The position numbers and the translations under genes are program-made. From Hemiscyllium ocellatum (taxonomy: Eukaryota), in assembly GCF_020745735.1 (NCBI RefSeq), contig NC_083424.1, positions 48,718,999 through 48,782,998 of the forward strand: a DNA stretch of 64,000 nt, read 5' to 3'. Below, in pieces: positions 9,955 through 22,988 of the stretch. Below the pieces are notes generated by a model that was given only the letters and a program-made list of their open reading frames with translations, made no database searches and was not told the origin of the DNA. Position 1 is the first letter of the stretch; every line of letters begins with the position of its first letter.

Positions 9955-12900
9955 AACATAGAACAGAGAAAATTCCAGCACAGCACAGGGTCTTCGTCCC
10001 TCGATGTTGCTTCAACCTGTGAAACCAATCTGAAGCCAATCTAACCTGTATTATTCCATTATCATTCATATACTTTTCCAATCAAAGCTGTTGAAGTTGG
10101 CGAGTCTACTACTGTTGCAGGCAGGCTGTTACGTTCTGAGTAAAGAACCTACTCCTTACATCTGTCCTGTGTCTATCACCCCTCCATTTAAGGCTATGCC
10201 CCCCTTGTGCTAGCCATCACCATCAGAGGAAAAAGGTTCTCACTGTTGACCCGATCTAATCTTCTGATCATCTTGTATGTCTTTATTATGTTACGTCCCA
10301 ACCTTCATCTCTCTAATGGAAACAGCCTCAAATCCCTCAGCCTTTCCCCTAAGACATTCCCTCCATACCAGGCAACATCTTGATAAATCTCCACTGCGCC
10401 CATTCCAATGCTTCCAAGTCCTTTCAATAATGCAGCAACCAGAAATGTGCACAATACTCCAAGTGTTGCTGCATCAGAATTTTTGGCTGCAATATGACTT
10501 CATGCCTCTGAAACACAATCCCTGTACCAAAACAGTTAACGTGTTGTATGCCTTCTTAACAACCCTATCAACCTGGGTGCAAATTTTCAACGATTTATGT
10601 ACATGGACACCAACATCACTCTGCTCATGCACATACAAATAGCCTTACCAATAGCCCAGTGCTCTGCATTCCTGTTGTTCCTTCCAAAGTGAATGGCCTC
10701 ACACTTTTCTGCATTAAGCTATGTTTGCCACCGCTCAGCCCAACTCTGCAACTTATCTATGTCTCTCTGTAACATGCAGCGTTCTTCTGCATTGTTCACA
10801 ACTCCACTGACCTTAGTGTCATTCACAAACCCATCCTTCTGCACCCTCCTCCAGGTCATTTATAAAAATGACAGACAGCAGTGGTCCCAAAACACCATGA
10901 GTAACTGAACTCCAGGATGAACTTTTCACATCAACCACCACTCTGTCGTCTTTCAGCTAGCCAATTCCTGATCCAAACTGCTAAGGCACACTTCAATCCC
11001 ATACCTACATGTTTATTGAAATCCATATGCACCATATCAATCGCTTTAGCCTCATTCATCTCTTTATTCACCTTCTCAAGGAACTCAAAATGTTTTGTGA
11101 GACATAACTTACCCTTCACAAAACCGTGTTGACTATACCTAATCAAATTATTCCTTTATAGATGATTATAAATCCTACCTCTTATAATTCTTTCCAACAC
11201 TTTACCCACAAATCAAGTAAGTCTCACGAGTCTACTCCCCTTCTTGAACGAAGGGGGCAACATTTGCTGTCCTTCAGTCTTCTGGCACTATTCCTGTAGA
11301 CAATGAATGCATAAAAATCAAAGTCAAAGGTCCTGAAATATCCTCCATGGTTTCCCAGAGAATCCTACAATAAGTTCCATCCAGTCCAGGGGACTCAGAT
11401 GTTTTCACACTTTCCAGAATTGCTAACAACTCCTCCTTATGAACCTCAATCACGTCTCGTCTAATACTCTGTATCTCAGTGTTATCCTTGACAATATTGT
11501 CTTTTTTGCTGTGCAAATACTGCTGAAAGATATTCATTTAGCACCTCTCCTACCTCCTCGGACTCCATACACAACTTTCCACGACTGTTCTTGAGTGGCC
11601 CCAATCTTACTCTACTCATCCTTTTATTCCTGACATACCAGTATAAAGTTTCAGGGGTTATCCTTGATCCTACCTGTCAAAGACTTCTCATGACCCCCAT
11701 GGCTCTTCTTAGTTCTCTCTTTAGGCTCTTCCTGGCTAACTTTTAATACTTAAGCACCTTAACTGAGTCTTCACGTCGTATCTTTACATAAGCCTCCTTT
11801 CTCCTCTTGACAAGAGATTCAACTTCTTTCCTAAACCACAGCTCCCTCGCTCGACTACTTCGTCCCTGCGTGACAGATGCATACTTATCAAGGACACACA
11901 GTAGCTGTTCTTTGAATAAGCTACACATTTCAATTATGCCCATCCCCTAGTCTCCTTCCCCATCCTATGCATTCTAAATCTTGCTTAGCAACATCATAAT
12001 TGCCTTTCACCAGGTATAACCCTTGCCCTGCTGTATATAAGTATCCCTTTCCATCATTAAAGTAAATGTTAGCAAACTGTGGTCACCATCACCAAAGTGC
12101 TCACCTACCCCCAAATCTAACTCTTGGCCTGGCTCATTACCCAGTGCCAAATCCAATGTGGCCTCACTTCTTGTTGTCCTATTGACATACTAGTGAGGAG
12201 AAAATGAGGAGAACTTTCCTTCCCACATGGTTGATGATGCCCTCCAGTGCATCTCCTCCACTTCTCGCACCTGCACCATTGAAACATCCACCCCCCCAAC
12301 AATCGCAACGAGGGCAAAACACCCCTGGTACTCACCTTGCACCCCACCAACCTCATTCACTGCCATTCCCACCACCTGAAACATATTTTCCTTGCTGCCC
12401 CTATCTATGATTGAGAGAGACCATGCTCTCCATGACTCTCTTGTCAGGTCCACGGTCCCCACCAACCCAACCTCCCCTCACAGCATCTTCCACTGTCATC
12501 ACAAAAAGTGCAAAAATCTGCACCGACACCCCCCGCCTCCCTCCATCCAAGTCCCTAAAGGATCCTTCCACACCAATCAGAAGTTGACCTGTTCTTCCAC
12601 ACACATCATTTACTGCATGCATTGCACCTCATGTTGTCTCTTCTTCATTGGGAAGGCAGGACGCCAACTTGTGGAATATTTCAGAGAACATCTCTGGGAC
12701 ACCCGCACTAACCATTCCCATCAGCCTGTAGCTGAACACTTTAACTGCCCCTCCCACTCTGCCAAGGACTTGTAGGTCCTGGGCCTCCACCATTGCCAAA
12801 CCCTAACCAACCAACATACGGAGGAAGAATGCCTCATATTCTGCCTTGGGACACCTCAACCACACAGAAACACTGTGGATTTCACCAGTTTCCCTATTTC

Positions 12901-14850
12901 CCCTCCTTCTAGCTTATCCCAATCTCCCAACTTGGCACTGCCCTCTTAAATGGTCCTACCTGCCTATCTTCCTTCCCATCTATCTGCCCCACCCTCCTGT
13001 CTAACTTATCACTTTCAACTCCCATCGTCCTCTACCTATCCCTTTCCCAGCTACCTTCCCCACAGCCCATCCCCCTCCCTTTATCTCTCAACACCCTTGG
13101 CCCACTAGCCTCATTCATGATGAAAGGCTTATGCCTGAACCGTCGATTCTTCTGCTCCTCACATGCTGCCTGACCAGTTGTGCCTTCCCAAGACCACTCT
13201 TTTCGACTAGCTACATATTGTGTCAGGAAATCCTCCTGCATAAATTGGACAAAAACTGACCCATCTATAGTACTCGAACTATAACATTTCCAGTCAATAT
13301 TTGGAAACTTAAAGTCACCCATAACAACTACCCTGTTACTTTTGCTCCTATCCAGAATCGTCTTTGCAATCCTTTACTCTACATCTCTAGAACATTTCAG
13401 AGGGCTATAGAAAGCTCCCTTTCCTGTTTCTAATTTCATCCTATACTACCTCAGTACACGAGTTCTCATTAAACATTCTTTCTGCCACCGTGATACTGTC
13501 CTTGACTAACAATGCCACACCTCTCCCTCTTTTACCACCTTCCCTATTCTTACTGAAACATTTAAATCCCAGAACCTGCAACAACCCTTCCTGTCCCTGC
13601 TCTATTCGTGTCTTTGAAATGGCCACAACATCGAAGTCCCGGGTACCAACCATGCTGCAAATTCACCCACCTTATTCTGGACACTCCTAGCATGAAAGTA
13701 GACACACTTCAAACCACCTTCTGGTCTGCCGGTACACTCTTGCGACCTTTAAACCTTATTTATGACCTCACTAGTCACAACCTCCTATCAGTGGAACTCC
13801 AATTCAGGTTACTATTCCCCTGCAGAATTAGTTTAAATCCTCCTGGAGATCAGTGCCAAATCCCAACCTTGCGCCCCCTCCAACCCCCCCCCCCCCCCCT
13901 CACTACCAGGGTATCGGTACCTCTCTGGTTCAGGGGTAGAGCATCCCGTTTGTAGAGGTCCCACCTATGCCAGATTAAGCCCCAATTATTCAGATATCCG
14001 AACCCCTCCCTCCTGCACCATCCATGTAGCCTCTTGTTCAACTGGTCGCTTTCACCATTCCTCACCTCATTTGCACGTGGCATGCATAACAAATCAGGCA
14101 TAACAACAAACCAGAGATAATAACTCACCCACCTTAGCTCACTGAATGTCTGTCTTAAGTCCACATCCCCATTTCTACCTATGCCTTCGTATCTATCTGG
14201 ACCATGATCAAGGGTGCTCTCCCTCTTCCTTAAACATTTCAAAAACATGATCTGAACCATCATGAATCCTGGCACCTGGGAGTGAAAACACCAACCGCCT
14301 GTCTCTCTCATTCCCACAGAATCTCCTATCTGTCTCCCTAACTGTGGCGTCCGCAATGATTAATGCTCTACTCCTCTCCCCCCTTTCCTTCTGAGCAACA
14401 GGGACAGATTCTGTGCCAGAGACCTGTACCCCATGGTTTACCCCTGGTAAGTCATCCCCCAACAGTATCCAAAATGGAATACCTATTATTGAGGGGAACG
14501 GCCACAGAGGATCCCTGCATTGTCTGCCAGTTCCCTTTCTGTCCCGTGATTGTAACCTATCTACCGTTTTTCCTGTGCCTGAGGTCTGACTATCTCCCTG
14601 TAAGTCCTCTCAATTGCCCTCTCAGCCTCCCAAATTATCCAAACTTCATCCAGCTCCAGCTCCAACTCCAATTCCCTAATGCGGTTTTTGAGGAGCTGGA
14701 GTTGGGTGCACTTCTCGCAGATGAAGTCAGTGGGGACACTAGTGGTGAACATTATCTCCCTCATTCTACAGGAGGAGCATTCAATTGCCCTAACATCCAA
14801 ATCCACTGTTCTGAATTTCTGAAGAGACTACTGAAAAAAATCTAGTAACT
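9955..14850 (-). mobile_element. Near full-length decayed CR1 (HER1-like) LINE, interrupted by a PLE
   Basis: Minus ORFs in order: ORF1 zinc finger/coiled coil (14561-14806, CSSC..CEKC), SGNH esterase (13850-14462), APE endonuclease (13441-13653 DVVAISKT; 13032-13322 GDFKFPNIDW), RT (10931-11146 SQHGFVKGKLCLT..MDF). 3' tail near 9955. Confidence 0.9.
12195..13205 (+). mobile_element. Penelope-like element 3' portion (GIY-YIG endonuclease remnant plus terminus)
   Basis: ORF 12392-12775 LTCSSTHIIYCMHCTSCCLFFIGKAGRQLVEYFREH..HQPVAEHFN is a GIY-YIG-type domain. Decayed hammerhead at 13113-13148, then the conserved terminus. Confidence 0.85.
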
Positions 14851-15768
14851 ATTCGTTCTGCATTTTATGTATAGGAAATACCTGGGCAATTGTTCACATT
14901 GTTGGTAGAAACTAGTTTGATACTCCCAGATGAAAGTTGTTATGAATCCTTCAACATTGATTTGCACATTTGTGTCGGACTGTTCAATCATTGAAGAAGG
15001 GATATTTGTAGAGTCTCCACCTCAAACGAGTTATTTAATTATCCACTATTACTCACAACTGGATGTGGCAACAGTGCACAGGTTACACCTGAACCATTGA
15101 CTAGCTCTGTCTATCACTTGCAACTTGTGCTGTTTGTCACTCAGGTAGTCCTGATTTGGAACTTCATCATGTTGACGCGTCGATTTTAGGTATTCTGGAG
15201 TTGCTACTACAAACTTCATTGAATGGAGGACTGTGCCAAACATGGGAGATCTTAAATAGTTTGGTAAAACAACGGCCTGACCAGGCCAGCCTCGCGGATC
15301 ATGCTAATCAGATAACATCGTGAATGCCACCATCTTCCAGTATGGGTCCTGTCCTACCAATAATTGCAGCCAAGTCGATGGTACCACATAGTAGGCAATC
15401 AGCAGGGGGTTGCTTTAGGAGTATTTAACAGTGATTTCTAATTCCATGAAACTTCATAGCATTATGTGAACCATTTGCAAACCATGTGTAATCTCCTGCT
15501 AATTTTCGTATAGCCTTTCCTATCTATCCCCACCATGAATCAATTAGCTCCTATTTTGACACCACTTAGATGACACATTGAATGTGGAAAAGCACAAAAG
15601 TAACTCATGCTGGGCTGTTATAATATTAACAACCAGAAGTGAATTTGTGAAGCCAACATTGCTTGAGCTGGCCATGTCTTAAAGGATATAACTGATAGAC
15701 TTTAAGCAGGTGGTCAGGGAATTAAGAAGAGTGAAATATGTTAGATCCCATCCTCATCACTATACCTT

Positions 15769-16561
15769 TGTCACAACATGGTTCAAGTGAACCCTTCTGC
15801 TAATGAAACTGAAACATCCAGAAAAGCTCACCTCACCTCCGTCACTCATCTGTTAAAATTTGAGTGACAAAGATATCCCAAATTCCACGATGTACAGAAA
15901 ATAATAACAATTTATTCATTTACTCTGAAAACTAACATTAATCAACAACTATTCCGAACTCTAATCTGCCATTCTCTTAACTGCTTATTATCTGCCTCCA
16001 ACTCTGTAACAATATACTGTTCTTATTTTAAAAAGTCACTTATTAAATTTACAACAACTTAATTTCAAAACCATACAGCAGCTGTCATCTCTGGAGTCTT
16101 TCTTCGTTTTGTTGAAGATCTCCCTGGGTCATCATTTTTTTTACTGTGAAGATGTTTCATATGAAAAAGATACTCTTGATAGAGCGTGTTTTCAAATGGC
16201 AGTCTTTCTTGATGGTAGTTACTCTCTCGATGGCAATTACTCTGTCTGACTTTTAAATGCCGTTTTTAGACCCCAAACAATGGATTGTCTCATTGGCTCG
16301 ATGTTGGCAAAAACAATAAATTCAAACTTGATTGGGTTTTAGTATCCTGAGGCATAATTTAAATTGATTGGTTAAATTCCAATTATTGTCAAAATAGCAA
16401 CTATTCACGTATCTATTTCACGGCCAAGTGTTACACATTTTCATTTTCCAGTAAACTCTGAGACTTCTAGCTATTCATATGACAGGTGCTTGTAAGTTCA
16501 CAGTGCAAAACAGCATTCATTCCCTGTTAAAGGTGCATTACACGCCTTCATCTTCACATCA
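15769..16561. mobile_element. Solo-LTR-like element, copy 1
   Basis: TG..CA ends; collinear similarity to 39233-39993 (e.g. tgagtgaca..cccaaattcc, ctctcttaactgcttatt, gatgttggcaaaaacaataaattcaaact). Confidence 0.55.
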
Positions 16562-16699
16562 CTGTTAACTGACATCTGTCCACAACAATGTTTATAAGAG
16601 ACAGAGTCTTTATGGAGTCGATGCTTCGCTTTACACTAAGGATACCATCCACCGTGTTATATAACACAACAAATGTGATGAAATAGCATTTGTACTGAT

Positions 16700-17370
16700 C
16701 TACTAACTCAAGACTGAGCATTCATGACCATGTGAACAACAGAATTGTATTCAATCAGAGTCTGTAATGTGATTGAGGGTAATATGACCCAGTCTATCCC
16801 CAGTTGTATGAATAATATCAACCCAAGCAGTCAACTCTCATATGATCTAGAATGCAACAGGCTCACCAGAGCCAGCACCTTGCATACCTAAATAAAAGGT
16901 TTCAACATAGCGAAACCACTGCACTGGACTAAGTTCATTCCACCTATTGTAGGAAACACATAACTGACAGAGCTAAATGTCACCCCAAATAACTGAGCAG
17001 ATCTAACCTCTGAAATCCAAATATATCTCGTCCTGAATGACTGTCGATTGCTAAACAACTAACTGAAGGAGATCACATCAAAATACCCCGTCCTGAGCCA
17101 AGGCAAAATATAAGGTAGGAGTATGATAGAGTACTCCTCACTTGGCTGGATGACTGAATTACCAACAATACTCAGGAATCTTGATACCATCCAAAACAAA
17201 ACAGTCAACTTGTATAACAACCCACCTAACACATCCACCATTCATTCTCTTTACCACCGACTCTCAGTTCAGCAATGTGCATCATCTAGAAGATGCACTG
17301 CAAGAAATTAGCAGGGTTCCTAAAAGAGAACTTTCCAAACCTGCAAACTCTAATGCCTCCACTCTTCCAA
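16700..17370 (+). mobile_element. CR1-group LINE RT C-terminal fragment (second family)
   Basis: ORF 17123-17311 EYSSLGWMTELPTILRNLDTIQNK..IHSLYHR is a typical post-RT LINE segment. Confidence 0.6.
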
Positions 17371-18242
17371 AGTAAACTATTAACGCAGTAGTTAGATTTT
17401 ACTGTGGTCTCATTTTGCTTCCTTTCACTGGTACTACAGCTTTGTGACAAAATAATCTCCTGGTGTTGAGACACACCAGGAGAAAAGTGTGTACAGTATT
17501 GATCTCATCACCGACTGAAAGATTACTTTGTGGGAAGAAAATAAATTTTACAATACTTGTTTTTGAGTTGTGGAGATTATCCTACTTGTCAGATTAGGCA
17601 TGTGTTCCATAGTTTGCAGAAGATTGAGAGGTGATCTCACTGAAACATAAACAAATGATAAGTTGCTTGAAGGGTAGATGGAGTGTTGTTTCTTGGACAT
17701 CTTAGTTGAGAAAGAGTAGGAATTATCCCAGTTTAAACCATTTGGCAATGGGATATGAAAAAAGACAGTTTTTTTGCGGGTGTATGGTTTGCATGGCCAG
17801 TTTAGATGAACAATTTGCAATCGAGAATGTTGGAGGCAGATTGCTTTTGCATATTGAATGATTTATGGGAGTTAGAATAAGATGGAAAAGTGGAATTGCA
17901 GGAGAGAGTATCCATGAGTTTATTCACTAGTTGACCAGGCCCAAGGGTCTAAGGGTCCAGTACTGCTCATATGTATTTCTCATGTTTTTCATTTTACTTT
18001 GATCGAAATGAAAGAGACCATTTTTCTTTGAAATGTAATGGCGCTATCGGGCAGACTTAGTTCAATTGCAGTGTGACTCAAACATTCTGGCATAATGTGA
18101 CACTAACTAAACTAAATTCAACCTGTAAATAAACGATAATGAAATAAGCATGTATAACTGAAATATCTGCATAATGAGCGAAAATCAAGCCATATTTCCA
18201 GTATGCATCCATTTACACTGAGGAATTTCAGACTGTCTTAGA

Positions 18243-19770
18243 TTCACAGAGTCAGAGATAGATACAGCATAGAAATAGACCCTTCAGTCCAACCTGTCCA
18301 TGCCGACCAGATATCCCAACCCAATCTAGTCCCACCTGCCAGCACCCGGCCCATATCCCTCCAAACCCTTCCTATTCATATATCCATCCAAATGCCTCTT
18401 AAATGTTGCAATTGTACCAGCCTCCACCAGTTCCTCTGGCAGCTCATTCTATACACGTACCACCCTCTCTTTTATATCTTTCCCCTCTCATCCTAAACCT
18501 ATGCCCTCTAGTTCTGGGCTCCCTGACCTCAGGGAAATGACTTTGTCTATTTATCGTATCCATGTCCCTCATAATTTTGTAAACCTCTATAAGTCACCCC
18601 TCAGCCTCTGACACACCAGGGAAAACAGCCCCAGCCTGTTCAGCCTCTCCCTGTAGGTCAGATCTTCCAACCCTGGCAACATCCTTGTAAACCTTTTCTG
18701 AACCCTTTCAGGTTTCGCAACATCTTTCCAATAGGAAGGAGACCAGAATTTCACGCAATACTCCAACAGTGGCCTAACCAATGTCCTGTACAGCCACAAC
18801 ATGACCTCCCAACTTCAGTACTCAATACTCTGACCAATAAAGGAAAGCATACCAAATGCCTTCTTCACTGTCCTAACCATCTGCAACTTCACTTCCAAGG
18901 AACTATGAACTTGCACTCCAAGGTCTCTTTGTTCAGCAACACTCCCTAGCACCTTTTCATTCGGCATATAAGTCCTGCAAAGATTTGCTTTCCCAAAATG
19001 CAGCACCTCGCATTTATCTGAATTAAACTCCATCTGCCACTTCTCAGCCCATTGGCCCATCTGGTCCAGATCCTGTTGTATTCTGAGGTAACCCTCTTCA
19101 CTGTCCACTACACCTGCAATTTTGGTGTCATCTGCAAACTTACTAACTGTACCTCTTCTGCTCGCATCCAAATCATTCATGTAAATGACAAAAAATAGAG
19201 GGCCCAGCACCGATCCTTGTGGCACTCCACTGGTCACAGGCCTCCAGTCTGAAAAACAACCCTCCACCACCACCCTCTGTCTTCTACCTTTGAGCCAGTT
19301 CTGTATCCAATTGGCTACTTCTCCCTGTATTCCATGAGATCTAACCTTGCTAATCAGTCTCCCATGGAGAACCTTGTCGAACACCTTCCTGAAGTCCACG
19401 CAGATCACATCTACTGCTCTGTCCTCATCAATCTTCTTTGTCACTTACTCAAAAAACTCAATCAAGTTTGTGAGACATGATTTCCCACGCACAAAGCCAT
19501 GTTGATTATCCCGAATCAGTCCTTGCCTTTCCAAATACATGTACATCCTGCCCCTCAGGATTCCCTCCATCAACTTGCCCACCACTGAGGTCAGGCTTAC
19601 CTGTCAAAACTCACTGGCTTGTCTTTACCGCCCTTCTTACAGTGGCACCACGTTTGCCAATCTCCAGTCTTCCAGCACCTCACCTATGGCTATCAATTAT
19701 ACATATATCTCAGCAAGAGACCCAGCAATCACTTTTCTAGCTTCCCACACAGTTCTCGGGTACACCTGAT
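18243..19770 (-). mobile_element. 5'-truncated CR1 (HER1-like) LINE with 209-aa open RT segment
   Basis: ORF 18815-19444 DFRKVFDKV..SGVPQGSVLGPLFFVIYMNDL..KFADDTK; ORF 18587-18802 LYRTLVRPLLEYC; 3' tail at about 18243. Confidence 0.93.
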
Positions 19771-19855
19771 CAGGTCATGGGGAATTATCTGTGATCCTGC
19801 AAGCCTCAGGAGGAGGCTGCAATGAATCATCCACTCAGCACTCCTGGACGAAGCA

Positions 19856-20200
19856 AGGGATAAATGCTTCTGCCTAGACAAAGTCTTTTTCCTGGGGTGG
19901 AGGAATCCAGAACGAGACGGCATAGGTTTAGGGTGAGAGGGGAAAAATATAAAAGAGAACTGAGGGGAAACCTTTCGCTCAGAGGGTGGTGTGTGCATGG
20001 AATGAGCTGCCAGAGGAAGTGTGGAGGCTGGTACAATTATAACATTTAAAAGACACCTGGATGGGTAGATGAAAAGGAAGGTTTAGAGTGATAGGGGTCG
20101 GGTACTGGCAGGTGGGACTAGATTAGGTTGGGATATCCAGTCAGTACGGACGAGTTGGACCGAAGGTCTGTTTCCATGCTAAACATCTCTATGACTCTAA
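19856..20200 (+). mobile_element. CR1 LINE 3' end fragment
   Basis: ORF 19864-20049 FPGVEESRTRRHRFRVRGEKYKRELRGN; reverse-complement homolog of 18243-18560. Confidence 0.85.
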
Positions 20201-20284
20201 GTGATCATTACATAATCATGGTTAGTGTAATTATAGAAAATGTAATTAAAACTGCAACCAACCAAATTTCAGTAATTTGTACTT

Positions 20285-22988
20285 TAAACCCTAGATAAAC
20301 ACCAGGCGGTGGGGATCCCCAGTGGAGGGCCCTCTACGCAGGAGTCCTCCCCGTTTCTCTTGGGGATCTGGGGTGGAGGGTGCTGCAGGCGGCAGTCCCC
20401 TGCAACTGCAGATTGCGGTGGTTCACAGACTCCCAGCCCAATTGCCTGTTCTGTGGCACTGTGGAGTCCGTGGACCATGTGTATATTGGGTGTGGGCATT
20501 TGCACTCCCTTTTTGATTTTCTTAAAAACCTTCTCCTCTGCTTTTGGTTGCACTTCAGTCCCACGCTCCTGATCTTCGGGCACCCGGTGCGGAGGAGGGA
20601 GGGCAGGTCTGAAGACCTCCTCGTGGGCCTGCTCCTGGGCCTGGCTAAACTGGCCATAAACAGGTCCAGGCAGCGGGCCGTGGAGGGGGTTGTTAGGGCC
20701 GACTGCCTGCCCCTCTTCCGCGGTTTCGTTCGGGCCCGGGTGACCTTGGAGAAGGAGCACGCAGTGTCCACCAACACCCTGGAGTTGTTCAGGGAGAGGT
20801 GGGCGCCGCAGGGAGTGGAGTGCATCATTTCCCCCTCCAACTCTATTTTGATCTAGTCCCTGCCCTCCCCTTCACTGTTTGTTCACACAGCATTGCCCTT
20901 TGATGTGAAGGGCACTGCTTGTCACAGGCCACTCGGGTGTTTTCCTACTTTTCCTGGTGGTGGAAATTGAATAAAGATTTGTACACCTTGTCTCTCACTG
21001 TGTCTCACACCTGCGCACACACACACCATGAGTGCTGGGGTTAAAAATAATAAGCACTACCGCAGTTAGGCGGTAGTGTGGGGGTTAATAATAGAAACAA
21101 AAGAGGAAAAAACAAGATATAAACAGGAGAATTGCCCTTTGATGTGAAGGGCACTGCTTGTCACTGGCCACTCGGGTGTTTTCCCGGAAACAAAACCCTA
21201 GATAAACACCAGGCGGTGGGGATCCCCAGCGGAGGGCCCTCTACGCAGGAGTCCTCCCCGTTTCTCTTGGGGATCTGGGGTGGAGGGTGCTGCAGGCGGC
21301 AGTCCCCTGCAACTGCAGATTGCGGTGGTTCACAGACTCCCAGCCCAATTGCCTGTTCTGTGGCACTGTGGAGTCCGTGGACCATGTGCATATTGGGTGT
21401 GGGCATTTGCACTCCCTTTTTGATTTTCTCAAAAACCTCCTCCTCTGCTTTTGGTTGCAATTCAATCCCACGCTCCACCCGGTACGGTGGACGGAGGGCA
21501 GGTCTGAAGACCTCCTCGTGGGTCTGCTCCTGGGCCTGGTCAAACTGGCCATAAACAGGTCCAGGCAGCGGGCCGTAGAGGGGGTCGTTAGGGCCGACTA
21601 CCTGCCCCTCTTCCGCAGTTAAGTTAGGGCCCGGGTGTCCTTGGAGAAGGAACAGGCGGTGTCCACCAACACCCTGGAGTTGTTCAGGGCGAGGTGGGCG
21701 CCGCAGGGAGTGGAGTGCACCATTTCCCCCTCCAACGCTATTTTGATTTAGTCCCTGCCCTCCCCTTCACTGTTTGATCACACAGCATTGCCCTCTTTGA
21801 CGTGAAGGGCACTGCTTGTCAGTGGCCACCCGGGTGTTTTCCTATTTTCTCTCTCACCCAAAAAAAGGGCACTGCTTGTCACAGGCCACTCCGGTGTTTC
21901 AAGAAAAAAAAGAGGATAAAAAGAAAACCAAAAAAAGCAGCATTTTTTGTCACTGGCCACCCGGGTGTTTTCCTATTTTTCCTGGTGGTGGATATTGAAT
22001 AAAGATTTGTACACTTTGTGTCTGTCACTGTGTCTCACACCTGCATACACACACTATGGGTGCTGGGGAAAAAATATAAGCAATACCGCAGTTAGGCGGT
22101 AGTGTGGGGGTTAATAAAAAATGAAAAAAAGAAGAATAAAAAAAAGAAAAGGAAAAAAAACCCTAGATAAACACCGGGCGGTGGGGATCCCCAGTGGAGG
22201 GCCCTCTACGCAGGAGTCCTCCCCGTTTCTCTTGGGGATCTAGGGTGGAGGGTGCTGCAGGCGGCAGTCCCCTGCAACTGCAGATTGCAGTGGTTCACGG
22301 ACTCCCAGCCCAATTGCCTGTTCTGTGGCACTGTGGAGTCCGTGGACCATGTGTATATTGGGTGTGGGCATTTGCACTCCCTTTTTGATTTTCTCAAAAA
22401 CCTCCTCCTCTGCTTTTGGTTGCAATTCAGTCCCATGCTCCTGATCTTCGGGCACTCGGTGCGGAGGACGGAGGGCAGGTCTGAAGACCTCCTCGTGGGT
22501 CTGCTCCTGGGCCTGGTCAAACTGGCCATAAACAGGTCCAGGCAGCGTGGAGGGGGTCGGTAGGGCCGACTGCCTGCCCCTCTTCCGCAGTTACGTTAGG
22601 GCCTGGGTGTCCTTGGAGAAGGAACAGGCGGTGTCCACCAACACCCTGGAGTTGTTCAGGGAGAGGTGGGCGCCACAGGGAGTCGAGTGCATCATTTCCC
22701 CTCCAACTCTATTTTGATTTAGCCCCTGCCCTCCCCTTCACTGTTTGATCACACAGCACTGCCCTTTGATGTGAAGGGCACTGCTTGTCACAGGTCACTC
22801 GAGTGTTTTCCTTTCTTCCTGGTGGTGGAAATTAAATAAAGATTTGTGCACACACACCATGGGTGCTGGGGAAAAATAAGCACTACCGCAGTTAGGTGGT
22901 AGTGTCGGGGTTTAAAAAAAATAAACAGGGGCTGTGGTTTCACTGTTTTGATCACACAGCATAAAAGAAAAAATAAACCCTAGATAAA
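20285..22988 (+). mobile_element. Tandem array of three 5'-truncated Tx1/L1-like LINE 3' ends
   Basis: Units start at 20286, 21193 and 22158. Each encodes PQWRALYAGVLP..WRVLQ..CLFCGTVESVDHVYIGC..LLLGLAKLAI (zf-RVT/CCHC ORF2 C-terminus; unit 1 open 20299-20856), then a 3' UTR and an A-rich tail. TAAACCCTAGATAAA flanks the array at 20285 and 22974. Confidence 0.85.

Noticed and set aside
18815-19444. Active or domesticated reverse transcriptase gene
   Set aside because: A 5'-truncated CR1 copy with stops on both sides of the 209-aa segment; ordinary for a young LINE fragment.
21807-21980. Repeat-spacer pattern resembling a CRISPR array
   Set aside because: Eukaryotic context; the repeats are pieces of the LINE 3' UTR and the spacers are low-complexity A-rich tracts; no cas genes.
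20284-22529. Long antisense and alternate-frame ORFs across the Tx1 array
   Set aside because: By-products of GC-rich LINE coding sequence repeated three times.
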